A DNA stretch of 64,000 nucleotides from Octopus sinensis (lineage: Eukaryota). The stretch lies in assembly GCF_006345805.1 (NCBI RefSeq), contig NC_043000.1, positions 96,844,001-96,908,000 of the forward strand. Reading direction: 5' to 3'. The notes below the pieces were generated by a model that saw only the letters and a program-made list of their open reading frames with translations, made no database searches and was not told where the DNA came from. Both the position numbers and the translations under genes were made by a program. This document shows, piece after piece, positions 24,652-38,887 of this stretch; the stretch's first letter is position 1, and every line of letters starts with the position of its first letter.

Positions 24652-24871
24652 TACGAAGGATGCTGAAAAGTTCCTGGTTTTAAGGGTATTGCGAAAAGCT
24701 TGATGGGAGGCCCAATCTTCCGAGTTCTTTTACAGGGTTTAGGAAAACTGAAGGACCGCTGCAATGAGTGTGTGAATCAGAGACGGGAATATGTTGAACA
24801 AAATCATAATTAACTTATCCTCTTGTATATTCTTGTTTCCAAAGACAGGAACTTTTTAGCACCCCCTCGTA
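24652..24871 (+). mobile_element. Mariner-derived MITE (family M1)
   Basis: TA-CGAAGGATGCTGAAAAGTTCCTGG ... CAGGAACTTTTTAGCACCCCCTCG-TA. The interior retains a transposase-tail-like KLKDRCNECVNQRREYVEQ. Homologs at 35522 and 50535. Confidence 0.88.
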
Positions 24872-26747
24872 TATATATGACGTTATGACATCATAAGAAT
24901 TTTATATACTTTCGACAGAATTTAATATAATTATTTTTCTTTCTTTTTCTTTTTTTTTCTTCTTAATCGTGTACCTCGAAGCACAGATAAAGCTTTTGGT
25001 TGAAAAATTTTCCGTTACTGGTGTGATCACCAACAAAATAATAATCTGTCCAGTTAGTGACAAATGTCATTTACTTTGCACAGGATGTAAATGAGAGCTC
25101 CTATTAGTTTCATGCTTTTGATAATTCAATTGAAGGACATGGTTGTATGGCGTGCCGTGCCCGTGTATTTTCAGGCATTCATTCAGACTCGACACATGCA
25201 CGTACACACATACAATACACACATACACACACGCGCGCGCGCGCAAGGACAGAGACCATCGGTTCACTACTGTATACATCGAGGTCACCGCTTAATTGAT
25301 GACTATTTATCAATACTAAACTATCCTTCAGTGTCAAATATGCACAAGAACTACAGTATAGAGACAGTGGGAATCGCACTTGTATGAACACTCCACGCCA
25401 CATTACAAACGACAAGCACCAGTCTCTCCTTAAGAAACTTGCCCGGAATCTTTAAACGCTGTATTCAATGAACTTACCGATAGAAAATTATCGATAACCA
25501 CGCAACTTTTTTCCCCGTTCTTTCTCAGCAACACCACCATTCTCCGACTAACAGATCTAAGAATGTTTTCGCTCTAGTCTCTGTTTGTTAAGGCTGTAAC
25601 AAACAAATCTGGCTCATATCCATAAAACTCTAAGGGTTTTAGGATATAACTTTAGGATATAACTGTTCGCCATCAATCGTATCTCAGTGGTCCTTATCAG
25701 CTTTTCACAACCTCCATTAAATGTTAGGACAGCGTTAATCGATTTTAGACGCCTGTTTGGAACCTGAAGCACGTGCTTATAGTGATCCGCTAACAACCAA
25801 ACTGTAGCTTTGTTGCCACGCTATGCTCTCTACTACTATTCTGTATTGAATTGTTTTTGCTGCCTAAAAACTGAAAGTACGTGTCTTAGCTTGACGTGCT
25901 CCTCGTCGAAGAAATGGCCGAGGTTCATTTTCAGCTCTGATACTTCAATCACGATACATTTTCTAATCGCTTCTTGTTAACAAACAAACCATCATCTCAC
26001 TTTCTATGTCCAATACTATCAATTCTACTATAACAGAGCAATCAAATCATAGAGGTTCTATGTGGTCGATCAATACACTAAAAATAGCGCCCAAATCCTT
26101 CTACCATCTTAAAAAAATGCAAAGTGTGCAATATTTGAAGTAACAATAGAGTGGCCATAGTTGGAATGTTTTATCATAGACCTGCTCAACTAAAACGCTT
26201 AGGTAACAGCAGCCACAACAACTATATAAGTTCTGTTCTTAGGGACTCATTGTTGTTAACAATCGTCTTGTCAAATCCGGCTCAACTATTTCTGTAACTC
26301 TGTTCTGTAGGTTCTCACACTGTACCTAAGAATTTTTATGCATTTTATCTTGTTTGACTGAAAAGATCACAAACAAAATTGTGTACACCGTACGCTATCG
26401 TTGTCGGTTGATGCTACCGTACCAGACACGATTTGTAGAAGTTCACATTGGCTTAATCGGAAAATTCACTCAGCGCCTACCAGACTGTTGAAAATGTCTG
26501 AACAGTTTTTGCAGGCTTTTAAAACCCCTCTACTATAAATCATGTTGTACAATCCCAGCAAACAGTCACGATCCCTTTTCAGTCACACACAGACACTAGC
26601 GAGTAATGTGTGTATCCATCCAGCTCCAGTTGCAGTATGAGCAGCCCCATCCCAAAAGTATTGTCTTCGCTGCTTCTGATTATCAGAATCACCAATTTAG
26701 GATCAGCAAGATCGTTCGTTCCATCTTTCCAAAACAGCAGTTCCACC

Positions 26748-26894
26748 TACTAGCGTAGCTAGGGGAGGGCGGTAAAGGCGGACCGCCCCGGGCAGCACTT
26801 TTGGGTCTACTGTAGATAATGTGCTTTTTGTAGGGCTCGGGGGCGGCAAACAGAAGGGCCGCCCCAAGCGGCACACACTCTAGCTACGCTAGTG
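26748..26894. mobile_element. hAT-type MITE with perfect 8-bp TSD
   Basis: TIR (T/C)ACTAGCGTAGCTAG. GTTCCACC is duplicated at 26740-26747 and 26895-26902. The interior is GC-rich with GGCGG/CCGCCCC motifs. Confidence 0.9.
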
Positions 26895-28163
26895 GTTCCA
26901 CCTCGATGTATCCGTGTCGACCGAAAGCTGCGTATCCCTCCTAATCATCAACAAAGAACGCAAGTGTATGCGTCACTGAAATCCTAGTGATTTTGTGTTG
27001 TGTACCATATCTACATCCTCTTACTTGAAATCATTTAGCAAGTGACTTTCTTTCCAATGTGTTCATATTTTATCGGAAACAACCGGATAATTCGGTTTGG
27101 GGAGATCACTTGCAGAATTGGCTAACTGTTCAGCGAGTATCTGGTGTACTCTTCATGCAGAAGTCTGTTTGCTGTTGTCAAAGAAAAGCGTTTGTCGATA
27201 TTTACCATCTTGTTTTTTTTTTGTCTTTATTTCGTTTCGCGTAATTTATCAATTCATCGTTCTTCCTTTAGAAAGAATAATCTTTCTGTCGGTTTCTGGG
27301 TAGTGCATTCTAAACGCAATCATTTCTTAATGTATTTTTTACTAAACATAATTATAACGGTAACAGTTAGATTATTGACAGATGATAACTTGTTTTTGGA
27401 ACTTCCGTTTTAAGTATTATTGTAATGCGTCTTCAAAATTTCTTATTAACCCTGCTACGTTTTCTATCTCCATGTTGTTCAGTCTGACCCTATGTATGTA
27501 CCGTATGTAGGGCATTTGATTTATTCTTTCGCTCAATCGTTCGATCACCTTCATTCGTTCACATTTTCACCTATTCCTTTGTTTCTTCTACATTTTCTTC
27601 CTGTCGATTATAAAAAGAAAAAAAAAAGCTGTTGCAAGCGAGAGACAGTAAACAACTCAGCGATTTGTGGAGTATACACTAGCTGTAATTATTTAGCTCC
27701 AGACATAAACAAATACTGGACAAAATTATCTAATGTGTACTGTTTGTTTTTATTCTGGTACTTTTTTAAACGGTAAGGTGGTATTTGAGAAAGCATTGCC
27801 TTCGTAAATCTCGCAAGCGCGGAGATATTCCATCGTTAGCTTGACCGCCCACTTTGTCTTCTGGAATTCGAATTAGGTTCGTTGACTCAAGCTTGAAAGC
27901 CAGTCAGCCAGACGCCATCTACAAGTACCAGCTATCCAGCTAACCGATTTCACTTCCAGTCTAGACTAGCCAGTAATCCAGATACCGATCAGCAACCAGC
28001 CAACCACCGAATTTTCCTGTCAGCAAAGCAGCCAGCCATACGTGCAGTCATCCCTAGGCCTATTGCCGAGTGGGTGAATCACTGAAAAATTCATTAATCA
28101 AGTCATCGTTTTGAAATGTATGCAATACAAACTGGGATTGTAGGAGTGCATCTGTGTGTATGA

Positions 28164-28213
<50 letters not shown>

Positions 28214-28777
28214 TGTGTATGTGTGTGTGTGCGCGTGTGTGTGTGTGATCATATGTTTATACTGTGTGAGTCCGTATATTTGTAAACATGTGTTTTAGTG
28301 GCAATGTGGTATGAATGTGCGTATGTTTTCTATAATGAGCGTTACAATATCGTTTATGTGACCGAAGTGTCAATGTATGTGTGTGTTGCGTTTTATGTTT
28401 GTGTGTCTGTATATGCTCAAACCTGAGAATCTGTGAGTGTTTGGACTCGTGCTGCAATGCGGTTTTGTATTGTGTGTTGTGTTTGATGCAGAATATATGA
28501 TTTGTACGTATGAGTGCGTCAATATCTGCTTTTGAGCATAAACATACGCGCGCGTGTAAATTTATGTATGTGTATGTGTGTGCATTCAAATGTTTGGCGT
28601 GAGCGGGTAAGCGTATGTGTGTTTAAGCAATGTATGCATATGTGTGTGTGTGTGTGTGTGAAGAGAGAGAGAGAGAGAGAGAGAGGAAGGGATAGAAAGC
28701 GTGCATGTATTTGTGGGCGTGTGTGGTGTATATTGTGTGTGTGTGTGTCATGTGTGTGTGTGTATGTGTGTGTGTGA

Positions 28778-28845
<68 letters not shown>

Positions 28846-28986
28846 GGAGTGTATCTGTGTAAGCAGAAGTAGACATGCATAGTTCTTCATTTTCCAGATT
28901 AGCTAACTAACAATTTTGACTGAACGCCGGTCTTGCTTTCACGTACAAGATGTATTGGGTTAAACAAGCACGACTTCTCGTGCACG

Positions 28987-29031
<45 letters not shown>

Positions 29032-29129
29032 ACCACGTACACACCACACACTTACACACTCCCACAAATGCATGCACGCTTTCTATCCCTCCCGCGCTCT
29101 CTGTCTGTCTGTCTGACTGCCTGTCTGCT

Positions 29130-29190
<61 letters not shown>

Positions 29191-30773
29191 TATTATATAT
29201 ATATAATTATATATATATAGTATATATATATACATATTTATATATATATATAACTATACTCTCATGTCGAGTGTTTTGCAAAGCAAAATTAAACCAGACA
29301 ATGCTGTAACCTGTTACTCCATCTCTGCTAGCGTAAGGCATAGGATGCAACTTCTTTTAACATCTTTTTCTAGAAACTTTCCAATTTGACTCCCATCTAC
29401 CGTAAATTTTGTTAGGTACATGTTGACCCTACTCTGTTAATTTTTTGACAGGTTCTGTTTTTGCCTTGACACATTTCCGCCAAAAGCTCTTCATCAGGCT
29501 AGTTAGGTGGAGGTACTAGTTTAGTTGCCGATGACCCAGATTCATAAGAAAGAGAGATTGTGTTTAAGAGGAGTACAAATATATTTTAATTCGAATACTT
29601 GTTTGACTATCGATGACACTCATAGCATGATGGCAGACGTTTATTACTCCTCGACAATCCGACAGACGGTGAAACTTGATAGGCGTAATATAATCAGTAG
29701 CTAACCAACATTTGAATAAGGTTTTTATATATGATATTTTTACTTTGAGTTCTCTACTATTTAAACTTATTTACTACAAACATCTATATAACGTATACGT
29801 GTATGTGTGTGTTGTATGTAGTATGTATATATATATATATATATATATTTACATTGGGGAGGGTGTAGGCAAACAGCTTGAGATATATAGTTAAGTCGTG
29901 GCTAACGTGCTGAATGTATGTAGTCAATTTTATGAAATATTCCATCATTTAAAATTATACCTCAATGAGAAGGAAAATCATTATCGGTGATTAAAAATTA
30001 AATGGAGATACGCAGAGAAGAACTTAGTTTGATTTTCAATAGTTTCGATTTTATTCAAAACTATATTTCAATTTATGCGACCTCTTCAGCGAAATATAGT
30101 ATATTATATAACTGCAAAGCCATAGAATTACTTTGACAGTATATAACATGTTAAGCGGGAATTATCCCATGTTCTTTGACAATTTAATGACGAGGCTGGA
30201 AAATTTCCCTGGATTATTTCCTGTATGAAAACATAATTAAATACAGGCTAAGTCCTAAGAGTGTTCGATAAAATACCATGCATTACTTGCTTTGATTTTC
30301 GGCGTTCTGAGCTCAAATCCAGCCGATATAAACTTTGGCTTTCGTTCTTTCTGAATGAACGGTAAATTTGACCTGATGTCGGTGAGATAAGAGAAGTACC
30401 AATCCAGGGTCGTGGATTGGCTGAAATGTTAAGAGATCGGGCAAAATTTGTTACAGTATCAGTTTCAGTTCTTTGTGTTCTGACAGTAATGACTGCGATG
30501 ACAGAAAAAAAATATTATAAGCTTAGGTAACTGCTGGTCTTCCCCAAAAAAGTATCTTACCGAGGCTAGGTAGACGTATTATCAACCTTGACAGATCGAG
30601 GAACACGAAGAACGGTCTGTTATTATTTCAAACTGCTTAACCAATGAATGACAATATCCTTTAAAACTATATCATTTCAAAGCCCTTATCCGATCCGGTA
30701 GTTACATATTTAGACGATGCTTCACTAAGGAAGTCTAATAATACCGAGACATGTCCGAAGTTTTCACAATAGA

Positions 30774-31124
30774 GGTGCAGGTGTGACTGTATGATAAGAA
30801 GCTTGCTTCCCAACCTCATGGTTCCGGGTTCAGTTCCACTGCGTGAGTAAGCGTCTTCTACTATAGTCTTGGGCCGACCGAAGCCTTGTGAATGGATATG
30901 GCTGACGGAAACTGAAAGAAAGCCATCGCGAATATATGTATAAATGTGTGTCTGTGTCTGTGTTAGTACGTTTACGTTCCCGTAACATGGCGGTTCGGCA
31001 AAAGAGTCAGATAGAATAAGTACCAGACTTTAAAAAATTAAGCACTGGGTCGATTCGTTCGACTAAAATTCTTCAAGGCGGTGTCCCAGCATGACTCCAA
31101 TCTAATGACAATAACAAGTAAAAG
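30774..31124 (+). mobile_element. SINE family B, near full length
   Basis: Head, CORE-like segment and tail collinear with 21084-21246 and 20844-21070. Confidence 0.85.
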
Positions 31125-31284
31125 TTAAAGAATAAATACAATAAATCAGACACACCTCTACATCTCTCCATGAATTGCTTGATCAATTTAAATTCCGTAG
31201 ATCAATCACTTCCTTGTCTCTTTTAACAAGGATAATTATTAAAGTAAATGATTTTGTTCCTTTTCATTATGTTTTATTGTTTAT

Positions 31285-32056
31285 CATTTATTACTTTCAC
31301 TCTTTGGACTGCGTTTTAGTCGAACAAATCGACCCCAGTAATTATTTTAAAACCTGATACTTATTCTATCGAAATCTGTTTGCCGCACCGCTAAGTTACG
31401 GGAAAGTATATTAACACCAGTTGTCAAGGTTGGCTGCGTGGGGAGGGACAAACACATACAAAAAATCCACACGCACGCACACACAAGTATGTATGTATGT
31501 ACAATGGTGCTTCTTTCAGTTTCCGACTACCAAATCCATTCATAAGGATTTGATCGGTAGAATACACTTGTCCAAGGTTCCACATAGTGTGACTGAACCA
31601 CATCGTTGTGAAGCAAGCTTCTTATTTATTTATTGCCCACAAGGGGCTAAACATAGAGGGGACAAACAAGGACAGACAAGGGGATTAAGTCGATTGCATC
31701 GACCCCAGTGCGTAATTGGTACTTAATTTATCTACTCTGAAAGGATGAAAGACAAAGAAGACCTCGGCGGAATTTGATCTCAGAACGTAGCGGCAGACGA
31801 AATATCTATTTCTTTACTATCCACAAGGGGCTAAACACAGAGAGGACAAACAAGGGCAGACAAACGGATTAAGCCGATTACATCGACTCCTGTGCGTAAC
31901 TGGTACTTATTTAATCGAAAGGATGAAAGGCAAAGTCGACCTCGGCGCAATTTGAACTCAGAACGTAGCGGCAGACGAAATACCGCTAAGCATTTCGCCG
32001 CCCTTATCACACAGCCACCGCTGCAAGCTTCTTATCACACAGCCACCCCTGCGCCT
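31285..32056 (-). mobile_element. SINE family B interrupted in its head by a family A multimer
   Basis: Body at 31285-31626 ends in CAAGCTTCTTAT. The head resumes at 32003 (CTTATCACACAGCCACC...CCTGCGCCT). Confidence 0.75.
31627..32002 (-). mobile_element. SINE family A, two tandem core/tail units plus truncated head
   Basis: Two ~180-bp units with internal junction GACGAAATATC/TATTTCTTTACTATCCACAAGGGG at about 31806/31807. Confidence 0.85.
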
Positions 32057-32258
32057 AAAAATATAATTCTAATGGATTTGAACATTTCTTTTGGCTCCCT
32101 TCGTTCATGCATGGCAGCCTGCACTTATCTAAATGTCCTTCAGTGTATTTTCAAAGCTCACAAATTGAAATTGCGAAATCAATGTCTAGCCTTTACTTAG
32201 TCCTGGTCTTATAGAGCCGAACTTGCATCAAAGGCATTTAAACCGTGACCATCCCATC

Positions 32259-32340
<82 letters not shown>

Positions 32341-32854
32341 ATCTTTCTATCTATCTATCTTTCAAGAAGCCTAGAACCACATTATGCTGTACCCTTTTCC
32401 AAGAAAGTTGAGTGTGAATCGAGGGAGATTTACCAACTATTTCTATCAGGCCGCATAACCACAGAAGGGACTTCTTAGTTATTTATCATTTAGTTTGCAT
32501 CGATTGTAAATATAGTGTGCGCGTGCGGTGAGCGTGTGTGTGTGTGTGTGTTTTGGAGGGGGCAGCGATGTGTCATTAATCAAGAAGACCTAGTCTTATT
32601 GAGAACATCCTGTATAAATATATCGTGTGTAAATGAGTTGAGTGGAGTGTTGTGAGTGTGTGTATATATATATATGTATACGTGTGTGTGCGTGTGTGTA
32701 TGTCCGTGTTTGTGTGTGTGTGCGCGCGTGCGGTGAGTACGCTTGAAAATTTAGTCATTCAACCCATCACCACCCCCGCTTGCTGTCTCTGCAGCTCAAC
32801 ACGACGGACCTGCTAGAAATACTACCCAGTTCCACTAAACTAAAACTCACAGAG

Positions 32855-33054
32855 CCTCTCTCTCTCTCTCTCTCCCTTCCTCGCTCCCATTTAATCTGAA
32901 ATTAATCCGGCGCAGATCCCACTATTTTCCTCTCAGTTCCGCTTATCTTCAACATCATCACCACCATCTTCTGATCTCATTCATTTCCCTCTCTCTTTCT
33001 CCTTCTCTTACTCTCTCACACTTTCGGTCTTCTTTTCTACTCGTCTGTCTATTG

Positions 33055-33103
<49 letters not shown>

Positions 33104-33193
33104 TCTTTCTCTCTCCATTTCTACTGTCTGTTTCTTTCTCTTCATCTCTCTCACTCACTCACTCACTCTTTCTCTCCTTTTCTACTCTGACTG

Positions 33194-33225
<32 letters not shown>

Positions 33226-33257
33226 TTTCTCTCTTTTTTCTTTCTTTCTTTCTCTCC

Positions 33258-33321
<64 letters not shown>

Positions 33322-33361
33322 CTTCCTCCTTTCTCTCTTTTTTTCTTCTTTCTTTCTCTCC

Positions 33362-33406
<45 letters not shown>

Positions 33407-33519
33407 TTTCTTCTTTCTTTCTTCCTTCCTTCATTCTTTCTATTCTTTTTTCTTTCTTCTTATCCATCTATCTATCTATCTATATATCTATCTATCTATC
33501 TCTCTCTATCTATCTATCA

Positions 33520-33551
<32 letters not shown>

Positions 33552-33582
33552 TCTGTCTGTCTGTCTGTCTGTCTGTCTGTCG

Positions 33583-33619
<37 letters not shown>

Positions 33620-33790
33620 TCTTCCATCACCTCCGAAAGTATTCCACTCTGTTCCGCTTATCGCACCCTCGAAATCTCCACTACCCAATAACCACAACTA
33701 TAACGACAATTGCCACCACCACCACTACCACCACCACCACCACCACCACCACCACCACCATACGTACTGTCTCCGCAGCCGCCACCACTT
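32855..33790. repeat. Long (CT)/(CTTT)/(TCTA)/(TCTG)/(CCA) compound microsatellite
   Basis: Direct reading; source of the 281-aa low-complexity ORF. Confidence 0.9.
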
Positions 33791-34283
33791 CTACAACCTT
33801 CACTGTCATCTCTGATTTACATCTGTTTTCAGTATTGCAATGTTATTCTAAAGTATCTCGTATCAAAGTTAGAACACATCACAGTGGCTTTCGGTAATAT
33901 TCACCATGCGGAGGATTCGGCTCATCATTACTGTGTTGCTTCGTAGATATCGCCCATGTCGAACGTTAAACCATGGCCGTTCTTTGATAGAACGGAATGA
34001 GCAAACATGTTCTCTTCAGATGAGATGAATTAACTGCTGGAAGTGGTAACAGCGAGAATAAGGAAGTGAATAGTCGATAAATATATATGTATGTATGTAT
34101 GTATGTACGTATGTATGTATGTATGTATGTATGTTGTATGTATGTATGTATGTATGTATGTATTGTATGTATGTATGTATGTATGTATTTATGTATATGA
34201 GTGCATATATATATATGCATATATATGTATATACATACTCACATACATGTTTGTGTTTGTGGGTATATATATATAATATATAT

Positions 34284-34316
<33 letters not shown>

Positions 34317-34620
34317 TATATGTATGTATACATACATTCTTACATTACATTCATACTTACATATATGTTTGTTTGTGGTTATATATATACATACATATAT
34401 ATACAGATGTGTATATATATATATATTTATTTAATACATATATATATATATATATATGTATATTTAAATATATACATAGGTGTGTGTGCAAGAGTGTATA
34501 TTTATGTGCGCTTGTGTCTGAGAATTGTGTAATTATCAGATGTTCCCTTTGTAAGGGGAAGACTAATATTATAATAGATGTTTGCTTCATATGACACAAA
34601 GCAACACTCTCAAACACGCG

Positions 34621-34735
<115 letters not shown>

Positions 34736-34894
34736 ATATATAATATATAATATATAATATATAATATATCTACTATATATGTATATATATAATTATAATA
34801 TATCTACTATATATGTATATATATATATAATATATACACACTTATATGCATACATACATACATGCAGTTTTTATCTTTTTTCTTAATCTTCGAC

Positions 34895-35258
34895 TTATTT
34901 CAGTCATTAAACTGCGGCCATACTGGGGCACCGTCTCGAAGACGTTATAGTCGAATGTATCGACCCCAGTATTTGTTTTTCTTTTTAAGCTCGGTACTTA
35001 TTCTATCGAACTCTTCTGCCGAACCGCTAAGTTACGGGCACATAAACACACCAATGCCGGTTCTCAAGCAGTGGAGGGGGACACAAACACACATATATAG
35101 ATATATACATATATAAATACGACGGGCTTGACTCACAAGGCTTTGGTCGGCCCGAGACCATAGTTGAAGACACTTGTCCAAGATTCCACGCAGTGGGACT
35201 GAACCCGGAAGCATGTGGTTAGGAAGCAAGTTTCTTACCGTACAGCTATTCCTGCGCC
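34895..35258 (-). mobile_element. SINE family B, near full length
   Basis: The reverse complement begins GGCGCAGGAATAGCTGTACGGTAAG and contains the family B core and tail. Confidence 0.88.
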
Positions 35259-35422
35259 TATGGGCAAACATACGGTTGAAGGGAACTTGTGTCTGAAAAC
35301 GATCACTTCCTGGAACGATGTAAATTTTTGGGCTGTTAACATGGAAATCCACAACGAAAGGACAGACACCAGCTGGAAGATTGCCAGTCAGCTCCACAGA
35401 GTTAAGCAAGCTTTGTTGAGAC

Positions 35423-35891
35423 CAGTGGTTTCTGACCTTTTTTCTGACTGTGAACCCTTTTGATTCCTATTTTACTCCACTGCATCTCCGTAGCCATTTG
35501 AAGTTTTAAAAACGACCCTATTACGAGGGGTTGCTGAAAAGTTCCTGGCTTTGGGTAAAAGAAAATACAGGAGGATTAGTTAATTATGATTTTATTAAAC
35601 ATATTCCCCTCTCAGATTCACACACTAATTGCAGCAGTCTTTCAACTTTTCAAAGACTTGTAAAGGAATTCGGAATGTTGGACCTTTAAACAACATTAAA
35701 GCCAAGAACTTTTCAACACCATCCTGCCTTGTATATTTTTATAATGAAATATTATTAGGAATTGTAGAAAGAAATAGTTAAAACATTTTGTGTATATGTA
35801 GAAGTATAATTGATTTATTGCACATAATTTATAACAACAAAATCTCATATGGACCCCTAAGGGCCATGTGGACCCTGGTTGAGAATCACTG
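35423..35891. mobile_element. hAT (Buster/Charlie-type) non-autonomous element with 8-bp TSD
   Basis: Left TIR CAGTGGTTTCTGACC and right TIR GGTTGAGAATCACTG. Flanks GTTGAGAC (35415-35422) and GTTTAGAC (35892-35899) match at 7/8 positions. Confidence 0.8.
35522..35725 (-). mobile_element. Mariner-derived MITE (family M1) nested in the hAT element
   Basis: TACGAGGGGTTGCTGAAAAGTTCCTGG ... CCAAGAACTTTTCAACACC. The interior is the reverse orientation of 24652-24871. Confidence 0.8.
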
Positions 35892-36199
35892 GTTTAGACC
35901 ATTTTTGCTGAGTCTTTCTTGATTGAAAAGTGAGCAATGCTAAGCCAGTAAAGTGGTGTTCAGTCACTCGAGCTGCTGTCGAATCTCTGTCTTTGTCTTT
36001 GTCTGTCTGGTTCTCTCTCTTTTTCTCTCTCCCTCTCTCTCTCTTTCACTCTTACTCTCTCAGCACAGTTTGGTAAAGAACGATCAAAATTCCAAGTAGC
36101 CTACATGTAATTACAGACTTCCACATGGTCGAGATTGTAGGTTCACCGATTTCCCGCCACCACAAGACATTTTACCATAGTGTGCTTTCCAAGAAGTTC

Positions 36200-36450
36200 C
36201 TCCGATTAAAATTGATAACAGTGACGGAAGATGAAACTGCTATCCTTCCTGTGGCGCAGCATTGGCTGGGACGACCAGAAGCAGAACGATCCCCAGACTT
36301 TACATCAGAGGATCCTTGGGTTTTACAGATCTTTTAATAAAAGTAGTGATCCATTTTATTTAGGTTATTTTCCAGGGTGCCCGTTCAACATCATGCGTAG
36401 TTCTGTTTCAACACGCATTTGCTAGATAGCCGTTGATACTACATTGGGTT
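36200..36450 (+). mobile_element. Possible decayed IS630-Tc1-mariner transposase fragment
   Basis: QHWLGRPEAERSPDFTSEDPWVL resembles the RWIGR...WP.RSPDLTPLDF.LWG motif. Confidence 0.4.
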
Positions 36451-36636
36451 CATCTGTCATTTCAACAGAACTTTGAAGTGGGGGCTAGTAGGTTTCTAGC
36501 AACCTTCATCACTAGGCATGCCTGGTTAGTTACCTACTTCCGATCAAGCATTAAGTTGTATCAGATTACTTGTCATCAGCTGTAATTGCCAACGACCTCA
36601 CATACATATATGTATGCATATGTCTATGTATTTATG

Positions 36637-36668
<32 letters not shown>

Positions 36669-36917
36669 AACAAAACATGTTTATACATACATAAATATAA
36701 CATATTTATGCATACATGCAAACACACATATGCACAAACATATACATACATATATATATGAGTATATGTATACACATACACATAACATGTATAAATGTAT
36801 GAGAGTGCATGCTTGTGTGTCTATAAGTATGCAATTGAGATTTAACATATGTTTGAATATATCTGTGAATCAAAGCCAACATCGTTGCAGAAAATATGCC
36901 ATATGCTATATTCTTTT

Positions 36918-37060
36918 CTACTATAGGCACAAGGTCCGAAAATTTTTATTGAGGAGGGGGCTAGTCGATTAGATCGACCCCAATATACAACTGGTACTTA
37001 ATTTATCGATCCCGAAAGGATTAAAGGCAAAGTCGACCTCGGCGGAATTTGAACTCAGAA
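36918..37060 (-). mobile_element. SINE family A, 5'-truncated
   Basis: Core and tail similar to 3581-3741. Confidence 0.85.
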
Positions 37061-37794
37061 AGTGTGCCGTGCGCTATACTATAATTTTGAAAGTGTTTAT
37101 TGTGTATTGCAGAGTAATACAACATGAATATGCAACTGATAAAGGCGTCTATGTACTTGATCATTTTACAAGAAATAACAGTCACATTTCACTCAATATT
37201 ATGCACTCCAAGATCCTAAGATGAAGAAGCGACACAACGACACAATGAAGGCAACTGTATATGGTTATCCAATCTTCATGAAACATTAGCTTGGCCATCA
37301 TCAAATAGCACTCCATGGTCTTAAATAAGGAAGAAAACATGAATAATATAGTCCTGGATATATTGTCTGAGAATAAAAGCGATGGGGTGATCTGAGATTA
37401 ACTTAGTATAGCTCTCCTGGATCAGGGCCGGCTTGAAGCGGGACAACAGTAATAAGTAGACATGCGGAACGTGAAGACAAATATACTTTTAATATTTTCA
37501 GTCACTGAACTTTGGCACTAATGCAGGGGCACAACCTACAAGTTGGTTATATTGAGCCTAGAACTATTATCTGATATTTATCTTGTTGACCTCAATGTGA
37601 AGAAAAATCATGCTGAGTACAAAGATAACTTAGGATATTTTAATCAGTGCACAGCTTCTAGCAACCCTCGCAAATACGAACATGCATCCACACGTATATT
37701 CATTATTTTTTTTTTCATTCTTTTACTGGTTTAAGCCATTTGACCAAAGTCATCTTCAGTGGGATTTGTCGTTAAAAGTTATGTCGAATATATG

Positions 37795-37835
<41 letters not shown>

Positions 37836-38836
37836 CCTGGTATTGTACCCATTCCCTCAATGCATTCTAAACGTGTGTTCTTAACGGCAGCGTGGGGGGC
37901 TAAGTCTATACAGTAATCCTTTGCCGCTAGGTTTAGCATATACTGGAATATACTTTGCTTCGTTGAGTCTGGAGTTACCAGATTAAATTAATATTAGTCC
38001 TCGAGCTAATGTTCATCTTCTCATTGCATGCGTAATTTTAATTTAATTTAATTGAAACTAAGAGATGTCTCTTCTTTGCCGTGACTAAATTTGGTTGTCA
38101 ATAATAATTGAACATACTTTTTCTTCTCCTCTTTGCAATGGTAATTTTGAGTGATCATTTTTTAAATCACTGCATTAATATGTTAGTTGAATAAATTAGC
38201 ACTCATTCAACTAACATCATAGGAAAAAATATATTTGCGATCTTTGAAAATTATGAGGATCAATTTGAGACTTCTCATGTTTTTTCCTGCAACTTTAGTA
38301 TTATAGTGGTTCAAAAAGAATTTTAACTACGCCGATCTCATATTTATTTTATGTATATGCGTATGTATGTGTATGTGTGAGTGAGTGTATGTATGCATGC
38401 ATGTATGCATGTATTATGTATTAACAGTTTGCTATCTAGTCCTGCATTATTCAATGTTTCACATACATTAAACCAGATTCGATTGCTGAGACACTTTAAT
38501 AAGTGGTAAAGCAAAAGTGAGTCCTAAAGAAGACTGTTTATTGTCAGTGGGTGTTACACACAGAGAGACACAGACACACACACTAATACATACATACATA
38601 CATACATACATACATAATACACATACATACATACATACATATATACATACATATATGTGGTGTGTTATTATATATATATATACATGCACACATATATATA
38701 TATCTTTTACTTGTTTCAATCAATATTAGATTGCGGTCATGCTGGAACATATTTATGCACCATATAAATGGCGGTGCCCCAGCATGGCCACAGCTCGTGA
38801 GCTGAAACTAGATAAAATTGAAAAAAAATTATATAT

Positions 38837-38887
<51 letters not shown>

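Noticed and set aside
25400-25900. Possible very old LINE 3' end on the minus strand
   Set aside because: Only a vague peptide resemblance; not supportable without a database search.
30030-30095. Minus-strand CTGAAGA...CGAAACTATT motif
   Set aside because: Stem III and the NUH triplet cannot be formed, and stem I is out of register.
33945-34025. Minus-strand CTGAAGA-GAAC...GTTC-GACA with an internal hairpin
   Set aside because: The core GAAA is GACA and no stem I forms.
37730-37765. Minus-strand CTGAAGATGACTTTGGTCAAAT
   Set aside because: It lacks G12, and stems I and III do not pair.
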